Source of the DNA: a virus
Taxonomy: Duplodnaviria > Caudoviricetes
IMG/VR virus record: IMGVR_UViG_3300012940_001316
Location: 1-35,700 of that record
Strand: one strand, 5' to 3'
Length of the DNA: 35,700 bases
Both the position numbers and the translations under genes were made by a program. Under the pieces are notes generated by a model. The model did not search any database, was not told where the DNA came from, and saw only the letters and a list, made by a program, of their open reading frames with translations. Shown piece by piece: positions 1 to 9,133 of this stretch (position 1 is the stretch's first letter; each line of letters starts with the position of its first letter).

Positions 1-1
1 C

Positions 2-439
2 GGCAGTCTCTACCTGCTGGCCAAGCAGAACGTCTCCTCGGTCGTGGTGAAGGACTCCTCGGCCACGCCCAAGACGCTGCCGGCCGGGCAGTACAGCCTG
101 AACGCCAAGCATGGCTCGCTGGCGATCAACGATGTGACCACCGGCGGCCCCTATGTCGAAGCCTTCCAGGTCGATTACGCCTACGGCACGGCGCAGAGCA
201 CCGCGATGTTCACCCAACCGTTGCCCGAGCGCTGGATTCGCTTCGAGGGGCTCAACACCGCCGACAGCAACCGCGAGGTGGTGATCGACCTTTACCGGGT
301 CGCGATCAACCCGGCGCGCGAGCTGTCGGTGATCACCGACGAACTGCTGAAGTTCGAGCTGTCCGGCCAGGTGCTGGCCGACACGCTGAAGCCCGCCCAG
401 GGCGACCTCGGCCAGTTCGGCCGCATCGTGCTGCTGTGA
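2..439 (+). CDS. Major tail (tube) protein, C-terminal part (5' truncated)
   Basis: Frame is open from nt 2 (GSLYLLAKQNVSSVVVKDS...). C-terminus 'RFEGLNTAD..VVIDLYRV..FELSGQVLAD..GQFGRI' is tube-like and lies just upstream of chaperone and tape measure. Confidence 0.7.
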   Translation, partial: GSLYLLAKQNVSSVVVKDSSATPKTLPAGQYSLNAKHGSLAINDVTTGGPYVEAFQVDYAYGTAQSTAMFTQPLPERWIRFEGLNTADSNREVVIDLYRVAINPARELSVITDELLKFELSGQVLADTLKPAQGDLGQFGRIVLL

Positions 440-447
440 GGTGCACT

Positions 448-840
448 ATGGACGATTTCGCGAGCTTCCCGCCGCAACCGCAGTCGCTGGAGATCGCCGG
501 TGACACCCTGGCGCTCACACCGATCCGCGTCGGCGAGGTTCCGGCTCTCTTGGCCGCCATCAAACCGATCGCACCGCATCTGGTGAACGGCGATCCGGAC
601 TGGCTCGCACTGCTCACGGAGCACGGCGACGCCATCCTCGATGCCCTGGCTATCGCCGCCCGCCGGCCTCGCGAATGGGTGGAGGCGCTGTCCCTCGACG
701 ACGCAGTCCTGCTGGCGACGGCACTGTTCGAGGTGAACGTGGATTTTTTCGTGCAGCGGGTCGTGCCCGCGATCCAGAGCGCCGCCGCGCGCATCGACCG
801 GAACGTGCGGGCGGCTGGGATGACGCCATCCACCGCCTGA
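448..840 (+). CDS. Tail assembly chaperone (gpG-like), 130 aa
   Basis: ATG at 448 preceded by GAGG; located between tube and tape measure; contains slippery heptamer T TTT TTC at 744-750. Confidence 0.75.
   Translation: MDDFASFPPQPQSLEIAGDTLALTPIRVGEVPALLAAIKPIAPHLVNGDPDWLALLTEHGDAILDALAIAARRPREWVEALSLDDAVLLATALFEVNVDFFVQRVVPAIQSAAARIDRNVRAAGMTPSTA
744..750 (+). promoter_or_regulatory. Putative -1 programmed ribosomal frameshift site (T TTT TTC)
   Basis: In-frame GAT TTT TTC fits X XXY YYZ; a T6 run stands out in this GC-rich gene. Confidence 0.6.
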
Positions 841-1028
841 TACACGCCGGCCACCGCCTGCCCGACATCCTGGACTACACCCTGGCCCAGATGGAGGCCT
901 TTCTCGAGGCGGAGCACCGCCGCAGTCGCGAACACCTGGGTCTGCTGCTCGTCGTGACCGCCGTCGCCAGTCAGGGCGACAAGCGCTCCATCGAACGCCT
1001 GCAACGGGAACTCGACCGTGCGGATTGA
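750..1028 (+). CDS. gpT-like extension of the chaperone, reached by -1 frameshift (fusion ~193 aa)
   Basis: Open -1 frame after the slippery site: ...WDDAIHRLIHAGHRLPDILDYTLAQMEAFL...; no convincing start of its own; its stop overlaps the next gene's start. Confidence 0.6.
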   Translation, partial: RAAGRARDPERRRAHRPERAGGWDDAIHRLIHAGHRLPDILDYTLAQMEAFLEAEHRRSREHLGLLLVVTAVASQGDKRSIERLQRELDRAD

Positions 1029-1659
1029 TCTTTCCACGAGCGGACTGCTCGACCCGCGCGAGCTCTCGGCCTGGTCCACGGCGCGCCGTCAGGCCATTCA
1101 CGCGGCGCTCGGGCGCGGCATGCGCGCCGGCTCCCGCGAGGTACGCGATGCGGCCCGCGCCCAGATGCGCAGCGCCTTCCAGGTCAAGCAGGCGAGCTTC
1201 GTATCCTCGATGCAGGCCAAGGTGCTCGACCGCAAGCCGGAGCGCCTGCCGGCGCTGCTGGTCGGCAGCCGCATTCCCTGGCTGGGCATCCATGAACGCG
1301 GTGGCACGGTGGCCGGCAACCTGCTGATCCCGCTGCTGCCGGGACGGATCGGCCCCAAACGCTTCCGCCAGGTCATCGACAGCCTGATGCGTTCGGGCAA
1401 CGCCTTCTTCATCGAGAAGGACGGCCGCGTGCTGCTGATGGCCGAAAACATCCGCGAGAACGCCAACGTGCTCGGGCGGTTCAAGCGCGCCGAGCGCGGG
1501 CGCACGGGCGCCAAACGCATCACCCGCGGGCAGGAAATCCCGATCGCCGTCCTGGTCCGTCGCGTCGACCTCAAGCGGCGCCTGGATCTGGCCGGCTCCG
1601 TTCAACGCGCCTTGCCGCACCTGGCGAGCGCCATTCAAAGAGAACTGGCTCGAAGCTGA
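1018..1659 (+). CDS. Basic phage protein between chaperone and tape measure (DUF6441-like)
   Basis: 213 aa Arg-rich ORF, GTG start, stop overlaps the tape measure ATG. Family name from recall only. Confidence 0.55.
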   Translation: MRIDLSTSGLLDPRELSAWSTARRQAIHAALGRGMRAGSREVRDAARAQMRSAFQVKQASFVSSMQAKVLDRKPERLPALLVGSRIPWLGIHERGGTVAGNLLIPLLPGRIGPKRFRQVIDSLMRSGNAFFIEKDGRVLLMAENIRENANVLGRFKRAERGRTGAKRITRGQEIPIAVLVRRVDLKRRLDLAGSVQRALPHLASAIQRELARS

Positions 1660-4343
1660 TGGCCAACAACCGCGCGCAGATCCTGATCAGCGCCGTCGAC
1701 CAGACCCGGGGCGCGTTCGACTCGATCAAGCGCAACCTCGGCGACCTGGGCAACGCCGCGCGCTCCCTCAAGGGCGTGCTCGGTACGCTGGGTGTCGCCC
1801 TCTCGGCTGCCGGACTGGGTGCGATGGTCAAGTCGGCCCTGGATTCGGCCGACGCCCTGTCCAAGCTATCCCAGCGGGTCGGGATCACGGTCGAGTCGCT
1901 GTCGCTGCTGATGCCGGCGGCGGAACTGTCCGGCGTGAGCGCCGAGAAGTTCGAGGGCGGACTGCGCCGGCTCGCGGCCCGGATGCTGGAGGCGGCGACG
2001 GGCTCTGCCGAGGCGGCGCGCGGCTTCGAGGCCCTCGGTGTCGCGTTCCGCAACCAGGACGGCAGCCTGCGCGCCACCGACCAGGTTTTGCTGGACCTGG
2101 CCGACCGCTTCAAGACGATGCCGGACGGGGCGGAGAAAACCGCCCTGGCCATGCAGGTCTTCGGCAAGTCCGGCGCCGACCTGATTCCCTTCCTGAACCA
2201 GGGGCGCGACGGTGTCGAGGCGCTGACGGCGGAGATGCAGGCGTTGGGCCTGCAGATCGGCGGCGACACCGCCGCCCAGGCCGAGGTCTTCAACGACGCC
2301 CTCGCCAAGGTGCGCATGGCGGTCGGGAGCATCGCCAACCGGGTCATCGAGGACTTCCTCCCAGCGATGAACCAGATGGCCGAGGGCATGGTCGAGTCGG
2401 CCAAGCAGGGCGGCACCCTGCGCCAGATCCTCGACGGCATCGTCTACGTGCTGAAGCTCCTCGCTCTGGGCGCGGCGACCGTGGGCAAGGCCTTCGTCGC
2501 ACTCGGCGAGGCCATCGGCGCCGGCATGGCCGCCGCCGTGGAGGCCCTGTCAGGCAACGTCTCGGGGGCCAAGGCGATCATCGCCGAACTCAAGGGCAGC
2601 CTCGTCCAGCGGCTGGACGAGCTGGCCGAGTTCCACGACGCCCTGTTCGACCCGAAACCGATCGAACTGCCCGCCCCGGCGATCCGGCCCGACGGCTCCG
2701 TGCTCGACCGGATCGGCGGCACGGGCCGAGCCCGCGACAACACGGCCGCCCGCCTCGCCCTGGCCAAGGCTCAGGCCGACGCCGAGTTCAAACTGCTCAA
2801 GGATGCCCTCGAACGGCAGGGCCGCGCGCTCGATCAGGCGCTGAGCGACCGGCTGCTCTCGATCCGCGACTACTACGCGGCCAAGACCGATCTGGAGACG
2901 CGCGAAATCGACGCAGAGATGGCGCGGCTTCAGACGCAGCTCACCACGCAACGGCGCTTGGCGCTCTCGGGCGCCGACGAAGGTGCCCGACTGCGGGCAC
3001 GGGCCGAGGTCGCCAAGCTCGAATCGGAGCTCATCGTCCTCAACAACAAACGGGCCGATGTCGAGGTGGCGAACGCCCGCAAGGCAGCGGAGGCCGAGCG
3101 CGAACTGGCCGACGCGCTGACACAGGCCCGCGAGGAGCTGGCGCAGATCACCGGCCAATCCAGTGCCGCCGCTCGTCAAGCCGCGATCGAACGCAGTTAC
3201 CGGGATCTCAAGGCCCGGCTGCTGGCCGAGAACGACGCCGAGGGCGTGTCGCTCATCGACCGGCTGATCGATGTCAAAGCCGCGCAGGCCAATCTGGCCG
3301 CGTTGGAAGCCGAGTGGCGGCTGGTGACCGAACGGCTACGCAATGCGCAGGAAGCCATCCAGGTCCAGCAGCAGGCCGGGCTGCTCACCGAGGCGCAGGC
3401 ACGCAAAGAGATCGTTGCCCTGCAACGGCAATCGGCCGCCGAGATGGAACGGCTGCTACCGACCATGCAGCAGGCGGCACAGGCCATCGGGCCGGATGCC
3501 GTCGTTCGGGTGCAGGCGTGGCGCAACGAGCTGGAGCGCACAAAGCTGGTCGTCGACGAACTGGCGCCGCTGTGGAACCGCATCGGCGAGAGCTTCGGCA
3601 GCGCTCTGAACGCGATGATCACCGGCGCCCAGACCTGGCGCGGCGCACTGTTCAGTCTATTCCAGCAGATCAACCAGGCCTTCCTGCAGCAGCTCGTCAT
3701 CCAGCCGTTCCAGCAGTGGATGGCCATGCAGGCGCGCATGCTGGCCGCCAAGCTCGGCTTCGTGCAGCAAGAACAGGCCATGGACGCGGCCGCCAGCGCC
3801 ACTGCCGTGGCGCAGAAATCGGCGGAAACCACGGCGGTCGTTTCGATGGACGCCGCCAAGGCCGGGGCCGGTGCGGCGGCTTCACAAGCCTCCATCCCCT
3901 ATGTGGGACCGACGCTCGCGGCGGCGGCCATGGTCGCCATGGTCGCGGCGGTGATGGCGCTGCTCGGCAACGTGAAGAAGTTCGCCGCCGGCGGCCTGGT
4001 CACCGGCCCCGGTACCTCGACCTCGGATTCGATCCCGGCGCGGCTGTCGGCCGGCGAGTTCGTCGTCAATGCGGCCGCCGTGAAGCGTCTGGGCGTCGGT
4101 TTCCTGCAGGCCATCAACGGCCTGTCCGTCGGCCCGCGCGTGCAGGGACCGGCGCTCGCCTTCGCGGCCGGGGGCCTGGTGCCCGACACCGCCCCGCAGG
4201 CGGCCGCGAGCACCGCCGTGCGCATCGTCAACGTGATCGACCCAGAGATGGCCGCCGACTATCTGAACTCGTCCGCGGGCGAAAAAACCATTCTCAACAT
4301 CCTGCAACGCAACGCGGGCGCGGTGCGGCAGGTGCTGAGCTGA
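1659..4343 (+). CDS. Tail tape measure protein, 894 aa
   Basis: Long Ala-rich helical protein; N-term 'AQILISAVDQTRGAF'; C-term 'FAAGGLVTGPGTSTSDSIPARLSAGEFVVNAAAV' is typical of tape measures. Confidence 0.93.
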   Translation: MANNRAQILISAVDQTRGAFDSIKRNLGDLGNAARSLKGVLGTLGVALSAAGLGAMVKSALDSADALSKLSQRVGITVESLSLLMPAAELSGVSAEKFEGGLRRLAARMLEAATGSAEAARGFEALGVAFRNQDGSLRATDQVLLDLADRFKTMPDGAEKTALAMQVFGKSGADLIPFLNQGRDGVEALTAEMQALGLQIGGDTAAQAEVFNDALAKVRMAVGSIANRVIEDFLPAMNQMAEGMVESAKQGGTLRQILDGIVYVLKLLALGAATVGKAFVALGEAIGAGMAAAVEALSGNVSGAKAIIAELKGSLVQRLDELAEFHDALFDPKPIELPAPAIRPDGSVLDRIGGTGRARDNTAARLALAKAQADAEFKLLKDALERQGRALDQALSDRLLSIRDYYAAKTDLETREIDAEMARLQTQLTTQRRLALSGADEGARLRARAEVAKLESELIVLNNKRADVEVANARKAAEAERELADALTQAREELAQITGQSSAAARQAAIERSYRDLKARLLAENDAEGVSLIDRLIDVKAAQANLAALEAEWRLVTERLRNAQEAIQVQQQAGLLTEAQARKEIVALQRQSAAEMERLLPTMQQAAQAIGPDAVVRVQAWRNELERTKLVVDELAPLWNRIGESFGSALNAMITGAQTWRGALFSLFQQINQAFLQQLVIQPFQQWMAMQARMLAAKLGFVQQEQAMDAAASATAVAQKSAETTAVVSMDAAKAGAGAAASQASIPYVGPTLAAAAMVAMVAAVMALLGNVKKFAAGGLVTGPGTSTSDSIPARLSAGEFVVNAAAVKRLGVGFLQAINGLSVGPRVQGPALAFAAGGLVPDTAPQAAASTAVRIVNVIDPEMAADYLNSSAGEKTILNILQRNAGAVRQVLS

Positions 4344-4374
4344 CCCATCAACGCACACAGCGAGGACAACACGC

Positions 4375-5205
4375 ATGACGGCCTATGTCGGCTTCGTCGA
4401 CAACGCCACGCTGCTGGCCCACCAGAAGATGCTCGAAACGATTCGGGACGTCTGCCTGGCCGAGGGTTGGACCATCCTGCGCTACGACACCGCGCTCACG
4501 AACCACGAACTGATCGTGATGGCGCCGGGGCTTTCCGGCACCGAACAGATCTTCTGCGGCGTCTACTGCTATCAGAGCAGCGACGCGGATTACTACAACC
4601 TGGCCGTGGCGACCATGAAGGGCTATGTCGACGCTAACTCGTTCCTGACCCAGCCGGGCATCTCGCCGGTGCTCGGTGTGCCCGCCCACAACCAGCGCAT
4701 CGACTACTGGCTCTCGGTGAATGGCCAGCGGTTGAACGTGGCGATGAAGGTCGGCACGCCGGTCTACGAGTCCTTCGGGATCGGCAAGTTCTTCCCCTTC
4801 GCCTCACCCGGCCAGTACCCGCAACCCTTGTTCGCAGCCGGGATGCTGACCAGTGCATCCGCCACGCGCTATTCCGAGACGACCCACACGATGCCGTGGA
4901 AGGGCAACCGCAACAACCTACGGATGCATTTCAACGACGGCGCCTGGAAGACACCGCTGGCCACGCCCTGGGGTAACTCGACCATGGCGAACAGCGTCCG
5001 CCCAGCGGAAACCAGCTATGCACTCTACCCAGTGATGCTCTACGACTCCGGCAACGTCTACGGCGTGCTCGACGGGATCTATCACATCACCGGCTTCGAC
5101 AACGTGGTCGAGAACACGCTCTCCATCGAGGGCAAGGACTACGTCGTGATCCAGGACGTCGGACGCACGTCCTTCGGCGACTACATCGCGTTGGAGCTTT
5201 CCTGA
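4375..5205 (+). CDS. Virion structural (tail tip) protein, 276 aa
   Basis: GAGGA RBS; directly follows tape measure; aromatic, beta-rich composition. Confidence 0.7.
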   Translation: MTAYVGFVDNATLLAHQKMLETIRDVCLAEGWTILRYDTALTNHELIVMAPGLSGTEQIFCGVYCYQSSDADYYNLAVATMKGYVDANSFLTQPGISPVLGVPAHNQRIDYWLSVNGQRLNVAMKVGTPVYESFGIGKFFPFASPGQYPQPLFAAGMLTSASATRYSETTHTMPWKGNRNNLRMHFNDGAWKTPLATPWGNSTMANSVRPAETSYALYPVMLYDSGNVYGVLDGIYHITGFDNVVENTLSIEGKDYVVIQDVGRTSFGDYIALELS

Positions 5206-6137
5206 TGCCCTACATTACCGGCCTGGCCAACTCCGCCGAAGACCTGCGCAACGCCGTCGTCACGGCGGCCACCGACAACGGCTGGAGCTGGGATGCGGCA
5301 AACAACATGCTCCACAAGGGCGCGATCTTCGGCCGCCTCACGGTCAGCGGGTTGAACTTGCTGGTGCAAGCCGCGCAGGGCTACTCGGGCACGACGCTGA
5401 TCACGCCCGCCGCCAAGATGGTCGGGATCACCGACCGGCTGCGGCAGGCCGGCAACACGCTGCTCAGCTACCCGGTCACCTACCACATCTTCGTCCACAC
5501 GGCCCCCGACGACGTCATCGTCGCCGTCAACTACCAGGTCATGTGGTGGCAGTGGCTGGCACTCGGGCAGGCGCGCGGCTTCGGTGTGCTCGGCAACCGG
5601 GTGTGGCACTGGGGCACCGCGACATCCGACATCAGTACCTCGGCCGGGGTCGCGATCGACTCGAACGGCAGTACCGGCAGCGGCGGCGGCAACACCTCGG
5701 GCGCGCCGTTCTGGCAGTCCAACGACACTTCCGGGGTTCAGGCCAGCTCGATCTATCTGGACTTCAACGGGCACGGCTGGTGGAACAACCCGGTCGGAGT
5801 GTCCACCGCCAATCCGAACAACGCCCGCGCCACCTTCCCGGTGGCGACCCTGCTGACCACCCAACCCAACAACTGGAACGGCGAGGCGGTGCTGCTGCGG
5901 ATGCACGTCATGGCCGCACAGCCCTCCGGCTTCTGGTCGCACGTCGCCGAGCTCCCGCACCTGCGGATGACGCGGAACGACAATCTCGACGACGGACAGA
6001 TCCTGACCTTGGGGACGGAGCGCTGGTTCGTCGCCCCGGTGTACCGGAAGAACACCGCGAGCCGCAACGCATCGCCCTACAACGGAGCAAACCACTCGGG
6101 AACCATTGCAATGGCCGTGCGCTACGACGGCCCGTGA
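5205..6137 (+). CDS. Virion structural (tail tip) protein, 310 aa
   Basis: TGATG coupling to previous gene; Gly/Ser/Asn/Trp-rich; similar layout to the previous protein. Confidence 0.7.
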   Translation: MPYITGLANSAEDLRNAVVTAATDNGWSWDAANNMLHKGAIFGRLTVSGLNLLVQAAQGYSGTTLITPAAKMVGITDRLRQAGNTLLSYPVTYHIFVHTAPDDVIVAVNYQVMWWQWLALGQARGFGVLGNRVWHWGTATSDISTSAGVAIDSNGSTGSGGGNTSGAPFWQSNDTSGVQASSIYLDFNGHGWWNNPVGVSTANPNNARATFPVATLLTTQPNNWNGEAVLLRMHVMAAQPSGFWSHVAELPHLRMTRNDNLDDGQILTLGTERWFVAPVYRKNTASRNASPYNGANHSGTIAMAVRYDGP

Positions 6138-6166
6138 GTCCCGCTTCCGCTGCGAGAAGCCCCTCC

Positions 6167-7858
6167 ATGCCCATCCTCGACGGCGTGCCGCTTGCGCCTG
6201 CCCAGGCCGGATCGATCAATCCGAATCTCAGCCGGGACGGCGACACGGTGGCGCCGATCTACCCCTATACCGAAAGCGAGGCACCGCGTGCCGAGCACGG
6301 GCTGCGCACCTATCGGCCCAACGTCGGCGTGCCGGCGAAGCAGATAAAGACAGGGCAACGGCTGGCAAGCTATTTCGAGGACTTCTACTTCCGCGTGCAC
6401 ATTCGGCCGGACCGGATCGCACTGGGCAGCCTCGCCTCCGAACAGAGTCGCTCGATCGAGGTCTGGAACGCCTGGCTGACGGCCAATCCACTTCATGCGG
6501 TGAACGCGACCGGCGCGGAGGGAATGACCCTGCTCGGACCCGCACCGCCGCCCACGAGCTTCGCCGCCAACGAGGCGCGCCAGTACGTCCTTGCGGTCAC
6601 ACCGAACGGACCGCCGACGGTGAACGCGACTTTCACCTTCGTGTTCGGCCTCGACTCGGGCGTCCTGCACGTCACGGGCCGGCGCATCGTCGGCTGGGCG
6701 TTTCCCCCCAACTGGGCGCACCCGGTGATCGAGCGGCTGGAATGGCTCACCGACGTGCTGGAGTCCCATGCAGGCTTTGAGCAGCGCATCCGGCTGCGCA
6801 CCGCCGCCCGCCGCGGCCTGGAGTACCGGCTGCTGATCGGCAAGGACCGCGACCGGGTCAAACTCGAGAACCTGCTGCTGGCCTGGCAGGCGCGCGTCTA
6901 CGGCCTGCCGATCTGGACCGACGTGTCCGTCGCGACCGCCCCCATTCCGGCAGGCAGCCTTCTGCTCGCGGTCGACACGAGCCATCGGAGTTTCGCAGCC
7001 GATGGGCTCGTGGGACTGGTGCTCGGCTCAGAGTCGGAGTTCGCCGAGATCGATCAGATCACTCCGAACTCGGTGAGTCTCAAGAGCCCATTGGAGCGCC
7101 CCTGGCCGGCAGGAACCAAGATCCTCCCCGTCCAGCCTGCGCGGGTGCAGAACGATCTGCGCATCACACACCCCGCGAGCGCGCTCGCCGATACCACGGT
7201 GCGGTTCGAGTTCGAGGAGGAGTGGCTGATTCCCGCCGAGACGGGCGCGGTGACCTACCGGGGCCATCCCGTCCTGCTCGCACCCACGAACTGGACCGAA
7301 GGGGTGGACGCCGAGCACGGTCGCAAGCTCGTCGCCCTGGACTACCTCACGGGCCGGCGCGCGGTGGACGATTTGTCCGGCATCACGACCGTGCGCCGGA
7401 CCCACCGTTGGCTGTTGCACGGCCGCGCGGAGATCTCCGCCTTTCGTCGCTGGCTCGCGGCTCGGGCCGGTCGCCTGTCCGCCTTCTGGCTGCCGAGCGG
7501 CCAGTCGGACCTGCGCCTGGCCGCCGCCGTGGGTGCATCCGACTCGGCGCTGACCGTCGATAACCGAGGCTATGCCGCGAACGTACCGGCTGCCGTCGGT
7601 CGGCGCGACATCGTGATCACCACCGCGTCCGGACAGCGCTTCTTCCGCCGCATCACCGGCGCGACCGAGCTGGATGCCGACACCGAGAGCCTGGGCCTTG
7701 ATAGCGCGCTGGGCGTGGCCCTGCCGCCCCAGCAGGTGGCGCGGATCGAGTTCCTGCAGCTTGTTCGCCTCGATGCCGACGCGGTCGAGATCGCCTACCA
7801 CACCGACGAACTGGCCGAAGTGGTGCTCGGCCTGACGAGTCTGAGGGACGCCCCATGA
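6167..7858 (+). CDS. Tail tip/distal tail structural protein, 563 aa
   Basis: Likely start is ATG 6167 (MPILDG...) after the upstream stop. Motifs 'PNWAHPVIERLEWLTDVL', 'EQRIRLR', 'GRLSAFWLPS'. Confidence 0.75.
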   Translation: MPILDGVPLAPAQAGSINPNLSRDGDTVAPIYPYTESEAPRAEHGLRTYRPNVGVPAKQIKTGQRLASYFEDFYFRVHIRPDRIALGSLASEQSRSIEVWNAWLTANPLHAVNATGAEGMTLLGPAPPPTSFAANEARQYVLAVTPNGPPTVNATFTFVFGLDSGVLHVTGRRIVGWAFPPNWAHPVIERLEWLTDVLESHAGFEQRIRLRTAARRGLEYRLLIGKDRDRVKLENLLLAWQARVYGLPIWTDVSVATAPIPAGSLLLAVDTSHRSFAADGLVGLVLGSESEFAEIDQITPNSVSLKSPLERPWPAGTKILPVQPARVQNDLRITHPASALADTTVRFEFEEEWLIPAETGAVTYRGHPVLLAPTNWTEGVDAEHGRKLVALDYLTGRRAVDDLSGITTVRRTHRWLLHGRAEISAFRRWLAARAGRLSAFWLPSGQSDLRLAAAVGASDSALTVDNRGYAANVPAAVGRRDIVITTASGQRFFRRITGATELDADTESLGLDSALGVALPPQQVARIEFLQLVRLDADAVEIAYHTDELAEVVLGLTSLRDAP

Positions 7859-8664
7859 GCTTTGCGCTGCGCGAAACCTCCATCGCTGCCGGCAGCCCGG
7901 TCGAGCTGTACGACTTCCGGCGCGGCGGCACGGCCTGGCGCTATACCAGCGCGGCTCAGGATGCCGTCTACGCCACCTACACCTACACGGCCGTGCCGAT
8001 ACGCCGTAGCGGCGTCGAACAGACCGGCGAAATCGGACGGGCCGGCCTGCGCATCACCCTGGCGCGTGACGTCGAGGTGGCACAGGCCTTCATCACCACG
8101 CCGCCGTCGGAGGTGACCCTGCTGACGATCTACCGCCGGCACCGCGACGACACCGAGACGGTACCCGTGTGGATGGGCCGCGTGCTGAACGCCGAGTGGC
8201 ACGGCTCGGAGGTCGAGCTCAACTGCGAGCCCGTCTACACCAGCCTGCAGCGCACCGGGCTGCGCCGGCTCTATCAGCGCAACTGCCCGCATGTGCTCTA
8301 CGGCACCGACTGCCGAGTGAGTGCGGTGACGCATCGTGTCCAGGGGACCGTGGTAGCGGTCGTCGGCAACGCCATCACTGTCGCCGCCGCAGCCGGTTTC
8401 CCGACCGGACATTTCGCCGGAGGCTACGCCACCTGGTCGGCCGGCGGCATCACCGAGAAACGGATGATCGTCGCCCACACGGGCGACAACGTGACGCTCT
8501 CAGCGGTGCCGCCAGGGCTCGTCGTCGGCGCGACGGTGATGCTCTACCCCGGCTGCGACCACACCCTCGCCACCTGCGAGGCCAAGTTCGCCAACAGCGC
8601 CAACTTCGGCGGATTTCCCTTCATCCCGACGAAGAATCCCTTTGGTGGCAGCCCGATTTACTGA
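7855..8664 (+). CDS. Tail tip protein, BR0599/DUF2163-type (lambda gpL-like, Cys ligands)
   Basis: 'PVELYDF', 'CPHVLYGTDC' and C-terminal 'PGCDHTLATCEAKFANSANFGGFPFIP'. Confidence 0.85.
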   Translation: MSFALRETSIAAGSPVELYDFRRGGTAWRYTSAAQDAVYATYTYTAVPIRRSGVEQTGEIGRAGLRITLARDVEVAQAFITTPPSEVTLLTIYRRHRDDTETVPVWMGRVLNAEWHGSEVELNCEPVYTSLQRTGLRRLYQRNCPHVLYGTDCRVSAVTHRVQGTVVAVVGNAITVAAAAGFPTGHFAGGYATWSAGGITEKRMIVAHTGDNVTLSAVPPGLVVGATVMLYPGCDHTLATCEAKFANSANFGGFPFIPTKNPFGGSPIY

Positions 8665-8687
8665 GTTCGATTTGCCGAGGCACATCC

Positions 8688-8918
8688 ATGTGGGCATACA
8701 TCGCCGTCCTGATCGTCAGCGTGCTGATCCAGTACGCCTTGCAACCCAAGCCGCCGCAGCCGCCGTCGGCCGAGCTGAAGGACATCGACGCCCCCACCGC
8801 CGACGAGGGGCGCCCCGTGCCCGTGGTGTTCGGCACCGTGCTGGTGAAAAGCGCCAACGTGGTCTGGTACGGCGACCTGCGCACCACGCCCATCAAGTCC
8901 AAGGGCGGCAAGAAATGA
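8688..8918 (+). CDS. Small tail assembly protein, 76 aa
   Basis: GAGG RBS, ATG 8688; hydrophobic N-term then 'PTADEGRPVPVVFGT..NVVWYGD'. Confidence 0.75.
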   Translation: MWAYIAVLIVSVLIQYALQPKPPQPPSAELKDIDAPTADEGRPVPVVFGTVLVKSANVVWYGDLRTTPIKSKGGKK

Positions 8919-9133
8919 CCGAACTGATCGTCACCCACGCCGACATGCGCGCGCTCGACTACTGCAATCGCGGCGCACGGGAGTGGTTCGCCCGTCACCA
9001 GCTCGACTGGTCGCGCTTCATCACCGAGGGCTTGCCCGCGACGGATCTGCTCGCCACCGGCGATCACCTGGCGCAGGCGGTGGTCGAGGTCGCCAGCCAA
9101 CGGGGGAACGCGGGAGGCGCCGATGGGCAGTAG
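8915..9133 (+). CDS. Small tail-associated protein, 72 aa
   Basis: ATGA overlap with previous gene; 'YCNRGAREWFARHQLDWSRFITEG'. Confidence 0.7.
   Translation: MTELIVTHADMRALDYCNRGAREWFARHQLDWSRFITEGLPATDLLATGDHLAQAVVEVASQRGNAGGADGQ

Noticed and set aside
5543-6166. N-terminal extension giving a 771 aa ORF
   Set aside because: It overlaps the real 5205-6137 gene out of frame with Arg-rich, motif-free sequence; ATG 6167 is the better start.
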